This document shows positions 39,390-53,360 of a stretch of DNA of 64,000 nt, one piece after another. Numbering within the stretch: the stretch's first letter is position 1; each line of letters starts with the position of its first letter. The stretch lies in NCBI GenBank assembly GCA_964016885.1, contig OZ024741.1, positions 125,488,001-125,552,000 of the forward strand, given 5' to 3'. The notes under the pieces are model-generated. The model saw only the letters and a list, made by a program, of their open reading frames with translations, did no database searches and had not been told where the DNA came from. The DNA is from Eledone cirrhosa (taxonomy: Eukaryota). The translations under genes and the position numbers were made by a program.

Positions 39390-41751
39390 GACATCATCAC
39401 TACCACTACCATCAACATCCTCACCATTGCAAACATCACTACCATCATCATCATCATCATCATCATGGCTACAAACAAATACATGGCATTAACATACCAG
39501 TCAACACCATCACCATCATTAGCATCATCACTTTCACCATTAGCATCATCACTTTCACCTTTGCCATCATCACCACCACCAACATCAACATCCTCACCTT
39601 TGCCAACTTCACTACCATCATCATTATCATTCGCTACGAACAAAATACATGGCATTAACATACCAGTCATCACCATCACCATCACCATCATTAGCATCAT
39701 CACCACCAACATCACTGTCACCTCCGCCATCATCACTACCATCATCACCTTCATTGCTACCATCATCATCATTACCAACAAATACATGACAGAAAGTACA
39801 AGTTAATACCACCTCTAACATTACTTTCATCACCACCATTCACATCATTCACTACCACCACCAATATCACTATGTTCCCCTTCACCCCCTACCATCACAA
39901 GTATCATCATCACTACCAACAAATACATGACAGTCAACACCATCATCACCACTACCACCAACATCACCACTAGTACCAATACCACCAATATCACCACTAC
40001 CACCAACATCACCACAAACACCAACATCACCACTACCACCAACATCACCACTAGTACCAATACCACCAATATCACCACTACCACCAACATCACCACAAAC
40101 ACCAACATCACCACTACCACCAACATCACCACTACTACCAATACCACCACTACCACCAACATCACCACTACCACCAACATCACCACTACTACCAATACCA
40201 CCAATACCACCAACATCACCACTACCACCAACATCACCACTACCACCAATATCACCACTACCACCACTACCACCAACATCACCACTACCACCAATACCAC
40301 CAACATCACCACTACTACCACTACCACCAACATCACCACTACCACCAACATCACCACTACCACCAATACCACCAACATCACCACTACCACCAACATCACC
40401 ACTACTACCACTACCACCAACATCACCACTACCACCAATATCACCACTACCACCACTACCACCAACATCACCACTACCACCAACATCACCACTACCTCTA
40501 ACATCACCACTACCACCAACATCACCACCATCATCACCAACATCATCACTACCACCAACATCACCACTACCACCAACATCAACACTACGACCAACATCAC
40601 CACTACCACCAATACCACCAACATCACCACTACTACCAACTTCACCACTACCACCAATACCACCAACATCACCACTACTACCAACTTCACCACTACCACC
40701 ACTACCACCAGCATCACCACTACCACCAATACCACCAACATCACCACTACTACCACTACCACCAACATCACCACTACCACCAATACCACCAACATCACCA
40801 CTACTACCACTACCACCAACATCACCACTACCACCAACATCACCACTACCACCACTACCACCAACATCACCACTACTACCACTACCACCAACATCACCAC
40901 TACCACCAATATCACCACTACCACCACTACCACCAACATCACCACTACCACCAACATCACCACTACCTCTAACATCACCACTACCACCAACATCACCACC
41001 ATCATCACCAACATCATCACTACCACCAACATCACCACTACCACCAACATCAACACTACGACCAACATCACCACTACCACCAATACCACCAACATCACCA
41101 CTACTACCAACTTCACCACTACCACCACTACCACCAGCATCACCACTACCACCACTACCACCAACATCACCACTACCACCACTACCACCAACATCACCAC
41201 TACCACCAACATCACCACTACCACCAACATCACCACTACCACCACTACCACCAACATCACCACTACCACCAACATCACAACTACCACCAACATCACCACT
41301 ACCACCAATATCCTTATCATTGCCATCACCATCACCACCAACAACACCATTATCATTACCACTATCACTAACAACACCACTACTATCACCACCCTCAACA
41401 CAACCACCATCCTCACCACCATCACAACTACCACCCCCATCAACACCAACGTTGCCATCATCACTATCATCATAAAAAATTGCATATCTTTATCTAACAT
41501 GTCATATCACTAACATCACCACCATCTCCACCACCATCACCACCACCATCTCCACCACCATCACCACCACCATCACCATCACCACCACCATCTCCACCAC
41601 CATCACCACCATCTCCACCACCATCACCACCACCATCACCATCACCACCATCTCCACCACCATCTCCACCACCATCACCACCACCATCACTATTATCACC
41701 ACCATAAACAAATGTATAACATTAACATGTTATCACCAACATCATCACTAC

Positions 41752-41789
<38 letters not shown>

Positions 41790-41988
41790 CCACCACCATA
41801 ATAATGCATAACATGAGCATGTTATCACCAATATCATCACCATCTCCAACAACTTAATATTAATTAATGTGATTATTTCCAACATCACCACCACCACCAT
41901 TGTCATCATCATCATCATCATCATCATCACTATCACTGCATTACAAATGCATTACAGTTAATATGTCATGATCAACCAGCCCTGCCAC

Positions 41989-42029
<41 letters not shown>

Positions 42030-42805
42030 ACAACAAGACCATCAACATCACCACTAGCAATTACCATCAATAAATTCATAACATTATCTAACATGTCATT
42101 TACCATTAACATCACTATTATGATCATTATCATGGCAGTATCGGTAGAGGGTTGGACGCCATGCTTTGCAGCAAAGAGTTACGTCCCTTGTCATTCTGAG
42201 TTCAAATCCCGCCGAGGTTAACTTTGCCTTTCATCCTTACAGGGCCGATAAAATAAAGTACCAGTAATACACTGGGTATTTGCTGGCCTTGTGCCAAAAG
42301 TAGAAACAATTATCATTACTAACAATCACCATCGTCATCACTACTTACAATCACCACCACCATCACCATCATTACTAACAATCACCATCGTCATCACCAC
42401 TACCACCATCACCATCACCATCATTACTAACAATCACCATCGTCATCACTACTATCACCACCACCATCTTTACTAACAATCACTATTGTCATCACTACTA
42501 TCACCACCACCATATTTACTAATAATCATCATCACTAACAATCACCACCACCATCGCCATTTTTACTAACAATCACCATCACCACTAACAATCATCACCT
42601 CCCTTACCATCTTTACTGACAATCACCACTAAAAATCACCACCACCATCACCATCTTTACTAACAATCACCATTGTCATCACTAACAATCACCACCACCA
42701 TCACCTCTAACAATCACCATGATGATGATCATCATCAACAACTATATTACATTAACATGGTATTACCAACCATCACCACCACCACTAACAATCATGATGA
42801 TGATG

Positions 42806-42836
<31 letters not shown>

Positions 42837-43785
42837 ACAAATACATTACATTAACATATTACCAACCATCAGCATCACCACTAACAATCATCATCATTGC
42901 CAACACGAGCTCCATCACCACTATTACATTAACGGTGGATTGGCAGTATCGGTAGAGGGTCGGACGCCATGCTTTCCAGCATAGAGTTACGTCCCTTTAC
43001 GATCTGAGTTCAAATCCCGCCGAGGTTGACTTTGCCTTTCATCCTTACGGGGTCGATAAAATAAAGTACCAGTAATGTACTGGGTAATTGCTGGCCTTGT
43101 GCCTAAAGTAGAAACAATTATATTAACATGTTATTAACAACCAACCCCATCACCACCACCATTAACAATCACCACCACCATCACCACTAACAATCACCAC
43201 CACCATAACCACTAACAATCACCATGATGATGATCATCATCATCGTTATTATCACTAACCAACACATTCATTACATTAATGTTAATACCAACCAGTCCCA
43301 TCACCATCACCACCATCACTAAGAACCACTATGATGATCATCATCATCATCGTCACTAACACATACATTACATTAACGCATTATTACAAACCAGCCCCTC
43401 ACCACCACCACCACCACCATCTCTATCACCACTAACTATCATCATCATCACTGTCATCACTAACACATACTTTACATTAACATATTACTACCAACCAGCC
43501 CCATCACCACCACCAACATCACCACAAATCATCATCATCATTATCATCACTAACACATACATTACATGAACATGTTATTACCAGCCAAGCCCATCATCAT
43601 CATCACCACCTTCACTATCACCACTAACAATACCCACACCATCACCACTAACAATCACCATCATCATCTCTAACAATTACATTACAACATGTTATTACCA
43701 GCCAGTCTCATCACCACCACCACCATCACCACTAACAATCCACTCCACCAACACCACTAACAAACACTATCATCATCATCAAAAA
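39390..43785. repeat. Long ACC/ATC/ACT/AAC compound microsatellite region with embedded SINEs (about 42133-42311 and 42934-43120)
   Basis: Seen directly. Includes an internal 471-bp duplication. Confidence 0.9.
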
Positions 43786-44089
43786 GTCCCTAACATTAGC
43801 TAACAATATATTTGTCTCTCCTCAAATCAGTACTAGTAATGCTCATTATTATAGATTTGAAGGGGGTCAGAGTCAGAGGTCAGAGGTCAGACAAATATTT
43901 GAAATATTTGACAGATTACTACTCTTATCCTTGAAACTTAAATTGTAAAATCATAACAACCACATTGCTTTCCATCTCTTTCTTTTAATTTATGACTTAA
44001 GAATAATCTAATAATTTGAAATATAGTAGGTCCAACACAAATGACCATAATAATAGTTGTTTTTTTTTTTTCTTTGCTCACTTAAACTT

Positions 44090-45172
44090 GGGAGGATTCA
44101 TGAGAGCAGAGTCCTCTGACATACCTTCCAGCGAGTCCTGTCAAAAGCAACTGTCTCCAACTGGCTGGATCCCCAAGTAAGAACAACTAAGCTCATGGAT
44201 GTTAGCCAACAATCCTGCTCAAGATCTAACCCTGGGCCTCCTGTAAGATAGTTTTGCACGTACAATCTGTCAAGCAATTCTTTCTTTAACTCATTAGCAT
44301 TTAAGCCAGCCATATCCGGCCAGAATTCGCTCACCTCTTTCTGTTCAAACAGGCCGTAACTGGTTGCTCATACTGATGTTAAGGTATTGTTCTCAAAATA
44401 AATAATATCAAAATCTCGTAGATTCAATATTATGTGAGGTAATTATGTAAGATAAAGCCTTTACCACAAAAATACAATAGTATATATAGGGTAATCATCA
44501 TCATCATCATCATCATCATTTCATTTTACGTCCGCTTTTTCCCTGCTTGGAAGGGTAGGACGGGAACTGATTCTGGCTTGATTTCTACAGCTGGATGCCC
44601 TTCCTAACAGTGAGTGCTGGGTGCTTTTTTGCCGTGGCACCTCCACAACCACTTTGCAGTGGAATGATATGGGCCCCAATCCTTATCTCATTTCTACAGC
44701 TGAGTAAACTGGAGCAATGTGAAATAAAGTGTCTTTCTCAAAGAAACAACACATCATCCGTTCTGAGAATTGAACTGACAACCTTTCGATTGCAAGGCTA
44801 ATGCTCTAACCACTAAGCCATGTGCCTCCAATGTAAATGCTAAAGGGTTAAACATCCTGACCACACAATCTTGGGTGGAAAAGTTCAAGTATCTCAGAGC
44901 TGTTTTCACAAGTGATGAAAGGCAGGATGCTAAATTAAGAGCAAGAATTGATGCAGTAATGTACCAGCTTCAGCATTCAGTCATCAGAAGGAGAGGTAGG
45001 TGTAAAAGATAAACTCACTATCTTCAATCTGGTTTTTGTGCCTACCTTTGCTTATGGTCATGAATCTTGGGTAATGACCAAAAGAATATGATCGTTAGTA
45101 CAAGCAGCCAAAATGGGGTTCCTCTGAAGTATCTTTGGAGTAACATTACTAAATAGGGTGTGTAGCTTGGAG
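44090..45172. mobile_element. RTE LINE fragment with an inverted 5' part, interrupted by a piggyBac MITE (44290-44847) that itself carries SINE insertions
   Basis: The 3' part is on the minus strand. The plus-strand part encodes VEKFKYL..TFAYGHESWVMTKRI..QAAKMGFL. The MITE is flanked by TTAA. Confidence 0.65.
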
Positions 45173-46819
45173 ATAATAATAGTTGATCACTAAAAATTGT
45201 AGTTGAAAAGATTGGGTAAAGTAACCCTGGAGTTGGAAAAAAAATATGGACAGAGATATCGGCAAGGAATCAATTACTGCATCTCTTGGATACTGGGTGA
45301 GTGTATTAACCACTACACAAAAGAGACACTGTCCACTAATTCTATATTTTTTTTAAGATTCTATGACTGCAGCTAGAAATGCAAATGACCAGTTACTTAA
45401 GAACCATTGTGAAAATTTGAAATGCAATCATCCCAAAGCAAATGACCATAATAATAACCAATCACAATAAATGATATAAAACTTGATATAAAAATTCAAT
45501 AATGAAAAAAGGGGAAGGGAGGAGACAAACATCACTCCCTTGGCTGGGTAGTATGTCTCAGCTGCATCCTGTAGACAAGATGGCAAAAGTATTACCATGG
45601 AAAACAGCCAGCAATGCCCACTGCATCAGCCATTCCACTTCACAGGGCTCCTTCTCCAGGTGAGATGAACTCCTTCCAATTTCATGAAGGAAAACAGCAA
45701 TTTGGCAACACCGAAGATCTCGACAGTGACTGACACAAGAAAAAAGTGGTTGGTCAAGTCACAGTATTTGGACATCTTCCACTACTCTGTGTTTTAGTTA
45801 TAAGTGCCTGAGTTTGTTGCCATAGAGACAATGTTTCTGACAGTCCACGCTGTAATGTGGCCGTGTAGGCAACACGGTAAAAACCTCCCAGCCCCACACT
45901 GTAAATGTGGTTGGTGTTAGGAAGGGCATCCAACTGTAGAAAACCCGCCAGACAGTCCTATGCGAGCAAGACAACCACTCTTGCCTCAAGTGGAAAAACC
46001 CCCGTCCAAACCCATGCAAGCGTGGAACACGGACGCTAAACCTGATGATGATGATGATGATGATGATGATGACCATGCATCCAGTACGCTCTGTAGAGTG
46101 GTTAGGAAGGGTATTAAGCCATAAAAAACCTACCAAACAAAGGGTCAGGAGGATTCTTCAGTTGCGGAAAGAACATGACAACTTCTTTTTTTGTGTTGGA
46201 GCCATGATAAAATGCACTAAGTAGAGCATGGGATAATATGTTGTTTACTCTGACTTGCCTACTGACCAGTCTCTGACGGTATGTCCAAACTTTGCTAGCT
46301 GGGAAAACAGACACTAAACAATGGTGATGATGATGATAATGACAATGAAACTATTTGGTGAAAAGAAAAAGAATTAATGAACGAGAAATGCAATGATACA
46401 TTAGACAACAATACATAGCAATAGCGAGAAGGAGACATTTATATAAGATCTATTTATGAACTTTTATGAGGAAAAGGTTATGAAGAAAACATAAGCTAAA
46501 TTGGTTTTTAAAAAAATCCTTTACAGTGGCCATAACAAGAACAGATTTAGGAAACAGTTGTACACAAATTATGAAGCTGGCTGAAAATAGACCTAAATAG
46601 GTTCTTAAAATAGAAACAATTCTGATAACTAAAAATATATTTCTCTCAGAGAAGCAGACAAGCTGAGGTAGTGGAGATGTTGGCTAAAGGTTGACATTAG
46701 AACAATTATACCAACAGGAGCTCTGGATTCCTACTGACCCTTGGAGATAGCTAATCACCACACCCCTTCAGAAAACAATACAGGAAGTTTATTTATTCAA
46801 AAATAAAACACACTATTAA

Positions 46820-47672
46820 CCCTTTAGCATTTATTATAAACTGGCCATATCTGGCAAGAACTCTCTCGCCTCTTTCTCTTCAAACTGGCTATAACCAGCC
46901 ACTCATACCGAATATTAAGTTATTGTTCTCAAAATAAATAACATCAAAATCTCATAGATTCAATATTATGTGAGATAATTATAAAGCCTTTACCATAAAA
47001 AAAAATTAGTGTATAGATAGTATCGATGGATGTGTAATAGTAATATACACGAACGGCAAAGAATAAATGAATTGAGAGAGAGACTGAGCATAAGAGGAAT
47101 CAAATGATGTGTGCAGGATATGTGATGCGTATGAAGGATGACAGCTGCATAAAAAGGTGCAGAGCAGTAGAAGTCGATGGAAACCGCAGAGTGGGGAGAC
47201 TCAAGAAGACCTGGGATGAGGTGATAAAAGCCGACCTTACCTAATTACACCTCTCAAAGGTGATGACACACGACCGTGACGTCTGGCGTCACGTAGTAAT
47301 ACAGAAGACCCGACCCCCCTACGGGTACAAGCCGAAGCTGAAGCATATAGACAATATGCCCCCACACCCTCCCACTGCAAAGTAGTCATGGAGGTGCCAC
47401 GGCAAAAAAGCATCCAGCCCACACTGTAAAGTGGACATGTAGGCGCCACGGAAAAAAAGCACCCAGTACTCACTGTAAATGAGGTTGGTGTTAGGAAGGG
47501 CATCCAGCTGTAGAAACCAAGCCAGAATCAGTTCCTGTATGAGCAAGACAAGGTCAGCTGACCGGACACTGCCCACAACAGGACAACCCGTCTAACCCAT
47601 GCTAGCATGGAAGAACGGACGTAAAACGGTGATTATGATGATGATGATGATAGTAATGTGAATGCTAATGGG
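46820..47672. mobile_element. piggyBac MITE with a nested RTE 3' fragment and a family-2 repeat
   Basis: TTAA|CCCTTTAGCATT ... AATGCTAATGGG|TTAA, with internal VMRMKDDSCIKRC..GRLKKTWDEVI. Confidence 0.65.
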
Positions 47673-47804
47673 TTAAAGGGAGGAAACAAGAAATTAAAAA
47701 GATAAAAGAAAGGAAATGAAAATAAGAAAAAGAAAAAAATAATCAAGCAAGGAAAGAGAGGGGAGGAGAAGGAGCAGACACTACACCACTGCTAGAGCGG
47801 TGCC

Positions 47805-48160
47805 TCAGCTGTGCCCTGTCAACAAAATAGGAAAGATGTTATCGCAAAGAATGGCCAGATACACATGCTGCAACAGCCACTCCACCTCATGGGGCTCCCT
47901 TCTCAAGCAGGCCACCATCTTTCCGACTTTATGGAGGAAATAATCAGTCCTGGGACCAAGGACACCAGAGGTTTCAACTGAGACCAAGTTCGAAGAGGAA
48001 GCAGTCAATCAGGTGCCAGTATTTAACTATCTTCCTCTCTTTTACATTGCGGACAGCGGAGCCTGGATTTGAGGCTGAACCGACACAGTTGGAGACAATT
48101 CTCTCAGAGAAGCAAACTAGCTAAAGTAGTGGGGGTGTTGGTTAAAAGATGGCAGCATGG
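47805..48160 (-). pseudogene. Degenerate CRE-like endonuclease C-terminus (related fragment near 45555-45790)
   Basis: VETSGVLGP..FLHKVG..EPHEVEWLLQHVYLAILCDN resembles the 35438 fragment. Confidence 0.55.
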
Positions 48161-48263
48161 TGGTATTAGAACAACACTTTTATCTTGTTAATTTCATGTG
48201 TTGTATATATAATAAAATGCAAGTAAATCTATTCCACATGCCATCGCCATAAATGAAACTTAA

Positions 48264-48471
48264 CCCTTTAGTATTTAAACCGGCGGTATCCAGCCAGAAT
48301 TCTCTCGCCTCTCTCTGTTCAAACCGGCTGTAACTGGCCACTCATACTTACATTAAGGTATTTTTCTTAAAGTAAATAACATCAATATCTCATAGATTCG
48401 ATATTATTTAAGATAAAGCATTTACCACAAAAATACAACAGTATATATAGAGTGATGTAAATGCGAAAGGG
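48264..48471. mobile_element. piggyBac-type MITE (same family as 3376-3582)
   Basis: TTAA|CCCTTT ... AAAGGG|TTAA. Confidence 0.8.
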
Positions 48472-49396
48472 TTAAGGGTCAGTCTGCCTTGCCTCTTGGT
48501 CTGTGGTCCCAGCTGACAGGCTGAAGAAGACAGTACCCCTCTTCTCCCTGGAGTGAAGGAAACATACTGGAACAGCTATAACAACTATAACCACAGCAGT
48601 TATAGGGACAGCTACTCACCACACCCCTTTCAGAAAACAACTTCCTCTGAACAATGTGGGATGGGATGAAGTTGTAGTAGTAATACAGGCTGTAGTTGTG
48701 GTTGAGATGTAGGTACTGGTGGTGTCTGTTGTAGTTGTAGTGTAGATGGAGGTAGGGGCACTTTAAGTTGTAGGTTGTACTTGAGGTGAAGATTGTAGAT
48801 GGTGGTATGTGTTGTTGTGTAGATGGTGTATGTTGTGTAAGTGGTGTAGGTGGTGGTTGTGATGGTGGCGTATGTTATGGTGTAGAAGGTGGTTGTGGTG
48901 TAAGTGGTTGTGATGGTGGTGTCTGTTCTGGTATAGGTTCACATCAACCTTACACCAGAACTTACAACCATTAATTGTCCTGGTTCCATAAACAACAACA
49001 CCAAATATAACAACACTCAATATAACAACAGCCAATATAACAACAACAACAACAACAACAACACATCGGTATGGTTCTATTTAACTCATGTGACTAAACT
49101 ACAGTCAATCGATTGATGGACTTCTATCGGTTCCGGTGATGAGTGCCTTAGTTGTTCAATCAATGGTACAGCCAGCCAAACCATGAAATTAACATGTACA
49201 TAGCTGAACATTCCACAGACTGACCATGTACCCTTCTTGTAGTTCAGTGTGACACAATGGGTAACAATGCTGACCCTTTGAATTACAAGTACCGTCCATC
49301 TGATGGGCTTCTAAAGAATTCCATCTACCCAATTTTCACTTGCAAGACAGTAGGATTGAACCTGGAATTTAATGATTGCAAAGAAAATTCCTTAAG

Positions 49397-49427
<31 letters not shown>

Positions 49428-51633
49428 AACACACACATTCTACAGTGTCCTACTTAACTAAATATACTTGGCACCTGGACAAGAATAAAATAATGGAACC
49501 TTTCATCACACAAGATATATATATATTTATGAAGCAACTTAAACAATGAAATTATACTTCCTTCGTCAAAATAACAGAGGAAAAACAGGAAAATGAACTT
49601 TCCGGAAAAAATAATTTACACCTGACTGTTTGTTTTTCTGGGGTCTGTGTCCATTTTTGATTTCTTTCTATCCACCCAACCATGCACCACACCACTATGT
49701 TTATCACAATAGAAAACTATTAATAAACCCTTTGATACCAAACCAACTTAAACAGTTTTATGATAGAAAACTATTTATTTTAAAGTGTTTAATACAGCCA
49801 TCTAAACACTTCCATCACAATTCTATATCATGTCACTTTTGTTGTTGCAAACACCATCTTAATAATTGTTTCTATTTTAGGCACAAGGCCAGCAATTACC
49901 CAGTACATTACTGGTACTTTATTTTATCGACCCCGTACGCCATCTTAATAATGGTTTCTGATTTAGGCACTAGGCCAACAATTTTGAGGGGTGGGGAAAG
50001 TTGATTAAATCGACTCCAGTGCATTACTGGTGCTTTATTTTATCGAGCTGGAATGGATGAAAGGCTAAGCTAACCTCACCAGGATTTGAACTCAGACTGT
50101 AAAGGGCCATATACACCATCTTAATAATGAGAAATTTTCTTACATTCTAAATAGCTCTAAATTCCTGAGGATTTTCAGAATTATTTGAAAATCATAGGCA
50201 GTGTCTTTCATTAGAAATATGGTAACAAAAGGGTTAAAGTGTTTATATTTATCTAAAAACCTTTCATCCTAATTTTATGAGAAAACTTTGGTTAAGCTAT
50301 GATCCAAATACTAATTTATAAATGATAAAGTTAACTATATTACTAAATCCCTCCAAATTCTTGATTTATTATCAAAATTATTTGAAAATCTAGCAAGTTT
50401 TCATTCCAAATATGGTAACAAACCAGTTAGAAAGTGATTATATTTATCTAAAATCATATCCATCATAATTTTGGGTAAGAACATTTGTTAAGTTCTAAAA
50501 GTTAATTTAGCAATAAGAATGTTTTTCTTCTTTGTGCCTTTATTCCTGAAATAGTCATGTGGGCAGAGTCCTCAAAGACTCCTTGCAGCGGGTTCTGTCA
50601 GAAGCAGCCCCCGCCAATTGATCTGGCTGGATCCCCAAGCAAGACCAGCTGAGCTCATGGATGAAAGTTAATTAATTCAAATTGTTTGATCATTTACAAA
50701 ATTATTTGAAAATCATAGGCAAAATATTTCATTAGCAATATGGCAGAGATAGGGTTAATATCTTAGTTATAAACAAGAAATACAATACTGGCAATAGGAT
50801 ATAAATCACCAAAATGTTGGTTAATTATCCCATAACATATAATTGTCCCATAGTTTAACATAATTCTCCCATAACACATGGTAATTACACCATTAACCAC
50901 CTCACTCTCATGACAACATGAAATATATAAATATTATAGATTAAAAGACATGGCAGATCATCAGTTGCCAGAAAATTGGTGGTGTATTGAATGTATTTTA
51001 TCATAGTGCCAACACTAACACTTCACCGAGTGTACTGCGTGAAATTCATCATGGTAATAATGCTAGACGTTGTCACATGTTAGGCCTGACTGAAGAGCCC
51101 AATATATATACATATATATATCGTCATTATCACCATCATCATTCATTTAACGTCCATTTTCCATGCTTGCATGGGTTAGGCAGGTTGCCACGTTAAAAGA
51201 CAATTCAGGTCCGAAGACCACGGCATGGTCATACAGATATATATAAATACATACTTACATACATATACATACTCACATACACACATGTATATAATATATA
51301 TATATATATCATCATCATCATCGTTTAACGTTCATCTTACACGATGATGACGATGATGATGATGATGATATATATATTAAAATATTGATTAATACGTAAA
51401 GTAATTAATGATACTGTCCAACAAAACTACAGGTTAATCAAAGTACAAAAGGTAGTCGCTATTAGAACCTAAAGCCAGCTCTACTAATATAAAATTTTAA
51501 AATGTCATTAGGAGCAGTTCATCTTATGACATCTTTTCTCTCAGACCTTCTGACACCATTGCGCCTGTATAATCCTACAAACACACATAATGTGGATACA
51601 TTTGTCTAGACAATATCTTACCCTTGAATTTTC

Positions 51634-51669
<36 letters not shown>

Positions 51670-51671
<2 letters not shown>

Positions 51672-52327
51672 GATATATACGGCTTAATACGGGATGTTTG
51701 TTTACAAACACACCGAGCATTATAATAAAAGTTTGGTGAATCCATACGTACATATATATATGTGTACATGTATGTATATATATATATACATACTACTGAA
51801 CGTCTGTATACATATATGTACGTACGTGTACATACTTATATTTAAGTACAGCCGTACTAAGAGTGGGAAATGAAATTTCGTTTCAGTTTTTCCGTTTATC
51901 GTTTTCGGTGCACCCGGCCAATTAACCCACTCGATATGCAAATTGGGCTACTCAGCCGTTAATATGCATAAGGAAAGTATATGCTTTCAGACGTTCAACA
52001 ATCTGGCAGGAAGGTATACGTTGCTGACGATAGCTAATAAGCTTGAAACTAGTACAGCGTTCCTTTGTCAGTGTTGAACAAACGAGCAACGATGGTTGCT
52101 AGACACTACGGCTTAATACGGGATGTTTGTTTACAAACACACCGAGCATTATAATAAATGTTCGGTGAATCCATACGTACATATATATATGTGTGCATGT
52201 ATGTATATATATATACATACTACTGTACGTCTGTATACATATATGTATGTACGTGTACATACTTATATTTAAGTAACAGCCGTACTAAGAGTGGGAAATG
52301 AAATTTTGTTTCATTTTTTCCATTTAT
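51670..52327 (+). mobile_element. About 1.5-mer of a 429-bp unit containing a hammerhead, between (TA)n tracts (retrozyme-like or Penelope pseudo-LTR)
   Basis: Direct repeats 51678-51899 and 52107-52327, with the hammerhead between them. Confidence 0.75.
52018..52060 (+). ncRNA. Minimal type-I hammerhead ribozyme
   Basis: acgttg-CTGACGA-t-agct-aata-agct-t-GAAA-CTAG-TA^cagcgt. Stem I is 6 bp, loop III is palindromic CTAG, and the cleavage triplet is GUA. Confidence 0.85.
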
Positions 52328-52627
52328 ATATATACACATACTCAGGTAAAATTCCATTATAACAAATTTTTCAGTATAACAAAATTTGTTTCAGTCCTTG
52401 GCCATACACTCGATGTGTTAGTTAGGTCAGATGATGATGATGATATATATCTATATACATATATACTTTTGGCATAAGGCCAGCAATTACCTAGTGCATT
52501 ACTGGTACTTTATTTTATCGACCACATAAGGATGAAAGGCAAAGTTAACCTTGGCGGGATTTGAACTCAAAATGGCAAGTAACTCTATGTATCAAAGCAT
52601 AGTGTCCGACCCTCTACCGATTCTGCC

Positions 52628-53143
52628 AATGCTGTGATACATATTTCAATGACGACAGTGGCCACACGATTCTGTGTACCCAGTGCCAGTGTCATGACAT
52701 CATCAGACAGCTTCTTACATAATAAGGTTATGTTCCCAAGGCAATCCAAATTGAATCGACAAGGGAATGGACAAAGCGGGTGTTCTTGAATCCTTCACCC
52801 ATTCCGTTGTGAGTCCCAATTCACCCCTACCGCCTGCGCAAACCGGTGGGGGTGAATTGGGACTCACAAGGAAATGGGCGAAGGATTCAAGAGCACTCGC
52901 TTTGGCCATTCCCTTGGAAACATAACCTTATTATGTAAGAAGCTGTCTGATGATGTCACGGCACTGGGTATATGGAATCGTGCGGCCACTGTCGTCATTG
53001 AAATATGTATCACAGCATTATCATTAAAGGACTTTAACATCTGAAACTATTTCGCATTTTCTTATTCTAAATATACTCCGTCACTCCTATGTGACAAAAG
53101 TACGTTGAGTGCTTGAATTGAATTGCATCAATGTTTACCGTAA
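52628..53143. mobile_element. Diverged fold-back element (arms about 52628-52832 / 52844-53019) with hammerheads, ending in (TA)n; the left end abuts a SINE (52467-52630)
   Basis: Inverted repeat with several transitions and small indels, and an 11-nt spacer. Confidence 0.8.
52942..53016 (+). ncRNA. Type-I hammerhead motif (mirror copy at 52631-52711 on -)
   Basis: gctgt-CTGATGA-tgtcacggca...tgtcgtcatt-GAAA-T-ATGT-A-TC^acagc. Stem I is gctgt/acagc and the cleavage triplet is AUC. Confidence 0.75.
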
Positions 53144-53194
<51 letters not shown>

Positions 53195-53236
53195 TTCATT
53201 ATTATTGTTAGCAATCACAGAAATGTCTCAACATAC

Positions 53237-53360
53237 CTCATATCTTTAGGTGAAATAATCATCTATTCTTACTTGGATATAAAATAGTACTAGGTATGTT
53301 ATCCACAGAGGTTGACACTTACCTGAAAATAAAAGACAAAAACATAATATAATAAACAAA
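53237..53360 (-). promoter_or_regulatory. Candidate recursive splice site (AG|GTAAGT at 53323/53322) with downstream cryptic donors
   Basis: Minus strand reads tgtttttgtcttttattttCAG|GTAAGTgtc. Donors CAA|GTAAGA and GAG|GTATGT follow after 50 and 86 nt. Confidence 0.6.

Noticed and set aside
39845-41513. 528-aa Thr-rich (NIT-repeat, mucin-like) and 551-aa Val-rich ORFs
   Set aside because: Both strands are open because ACC/ACT/AAC triplets lack stops. There is no non-repetitive domain or splice evidence.
51500-51560. Hammerhead-like CTGAGAG...GAAC on the minus strand (and CAGATGA...GAAAC near 31187-31219)
   Set aside because: The core deviates from CUGANGA/GAAA and the stems do not form.
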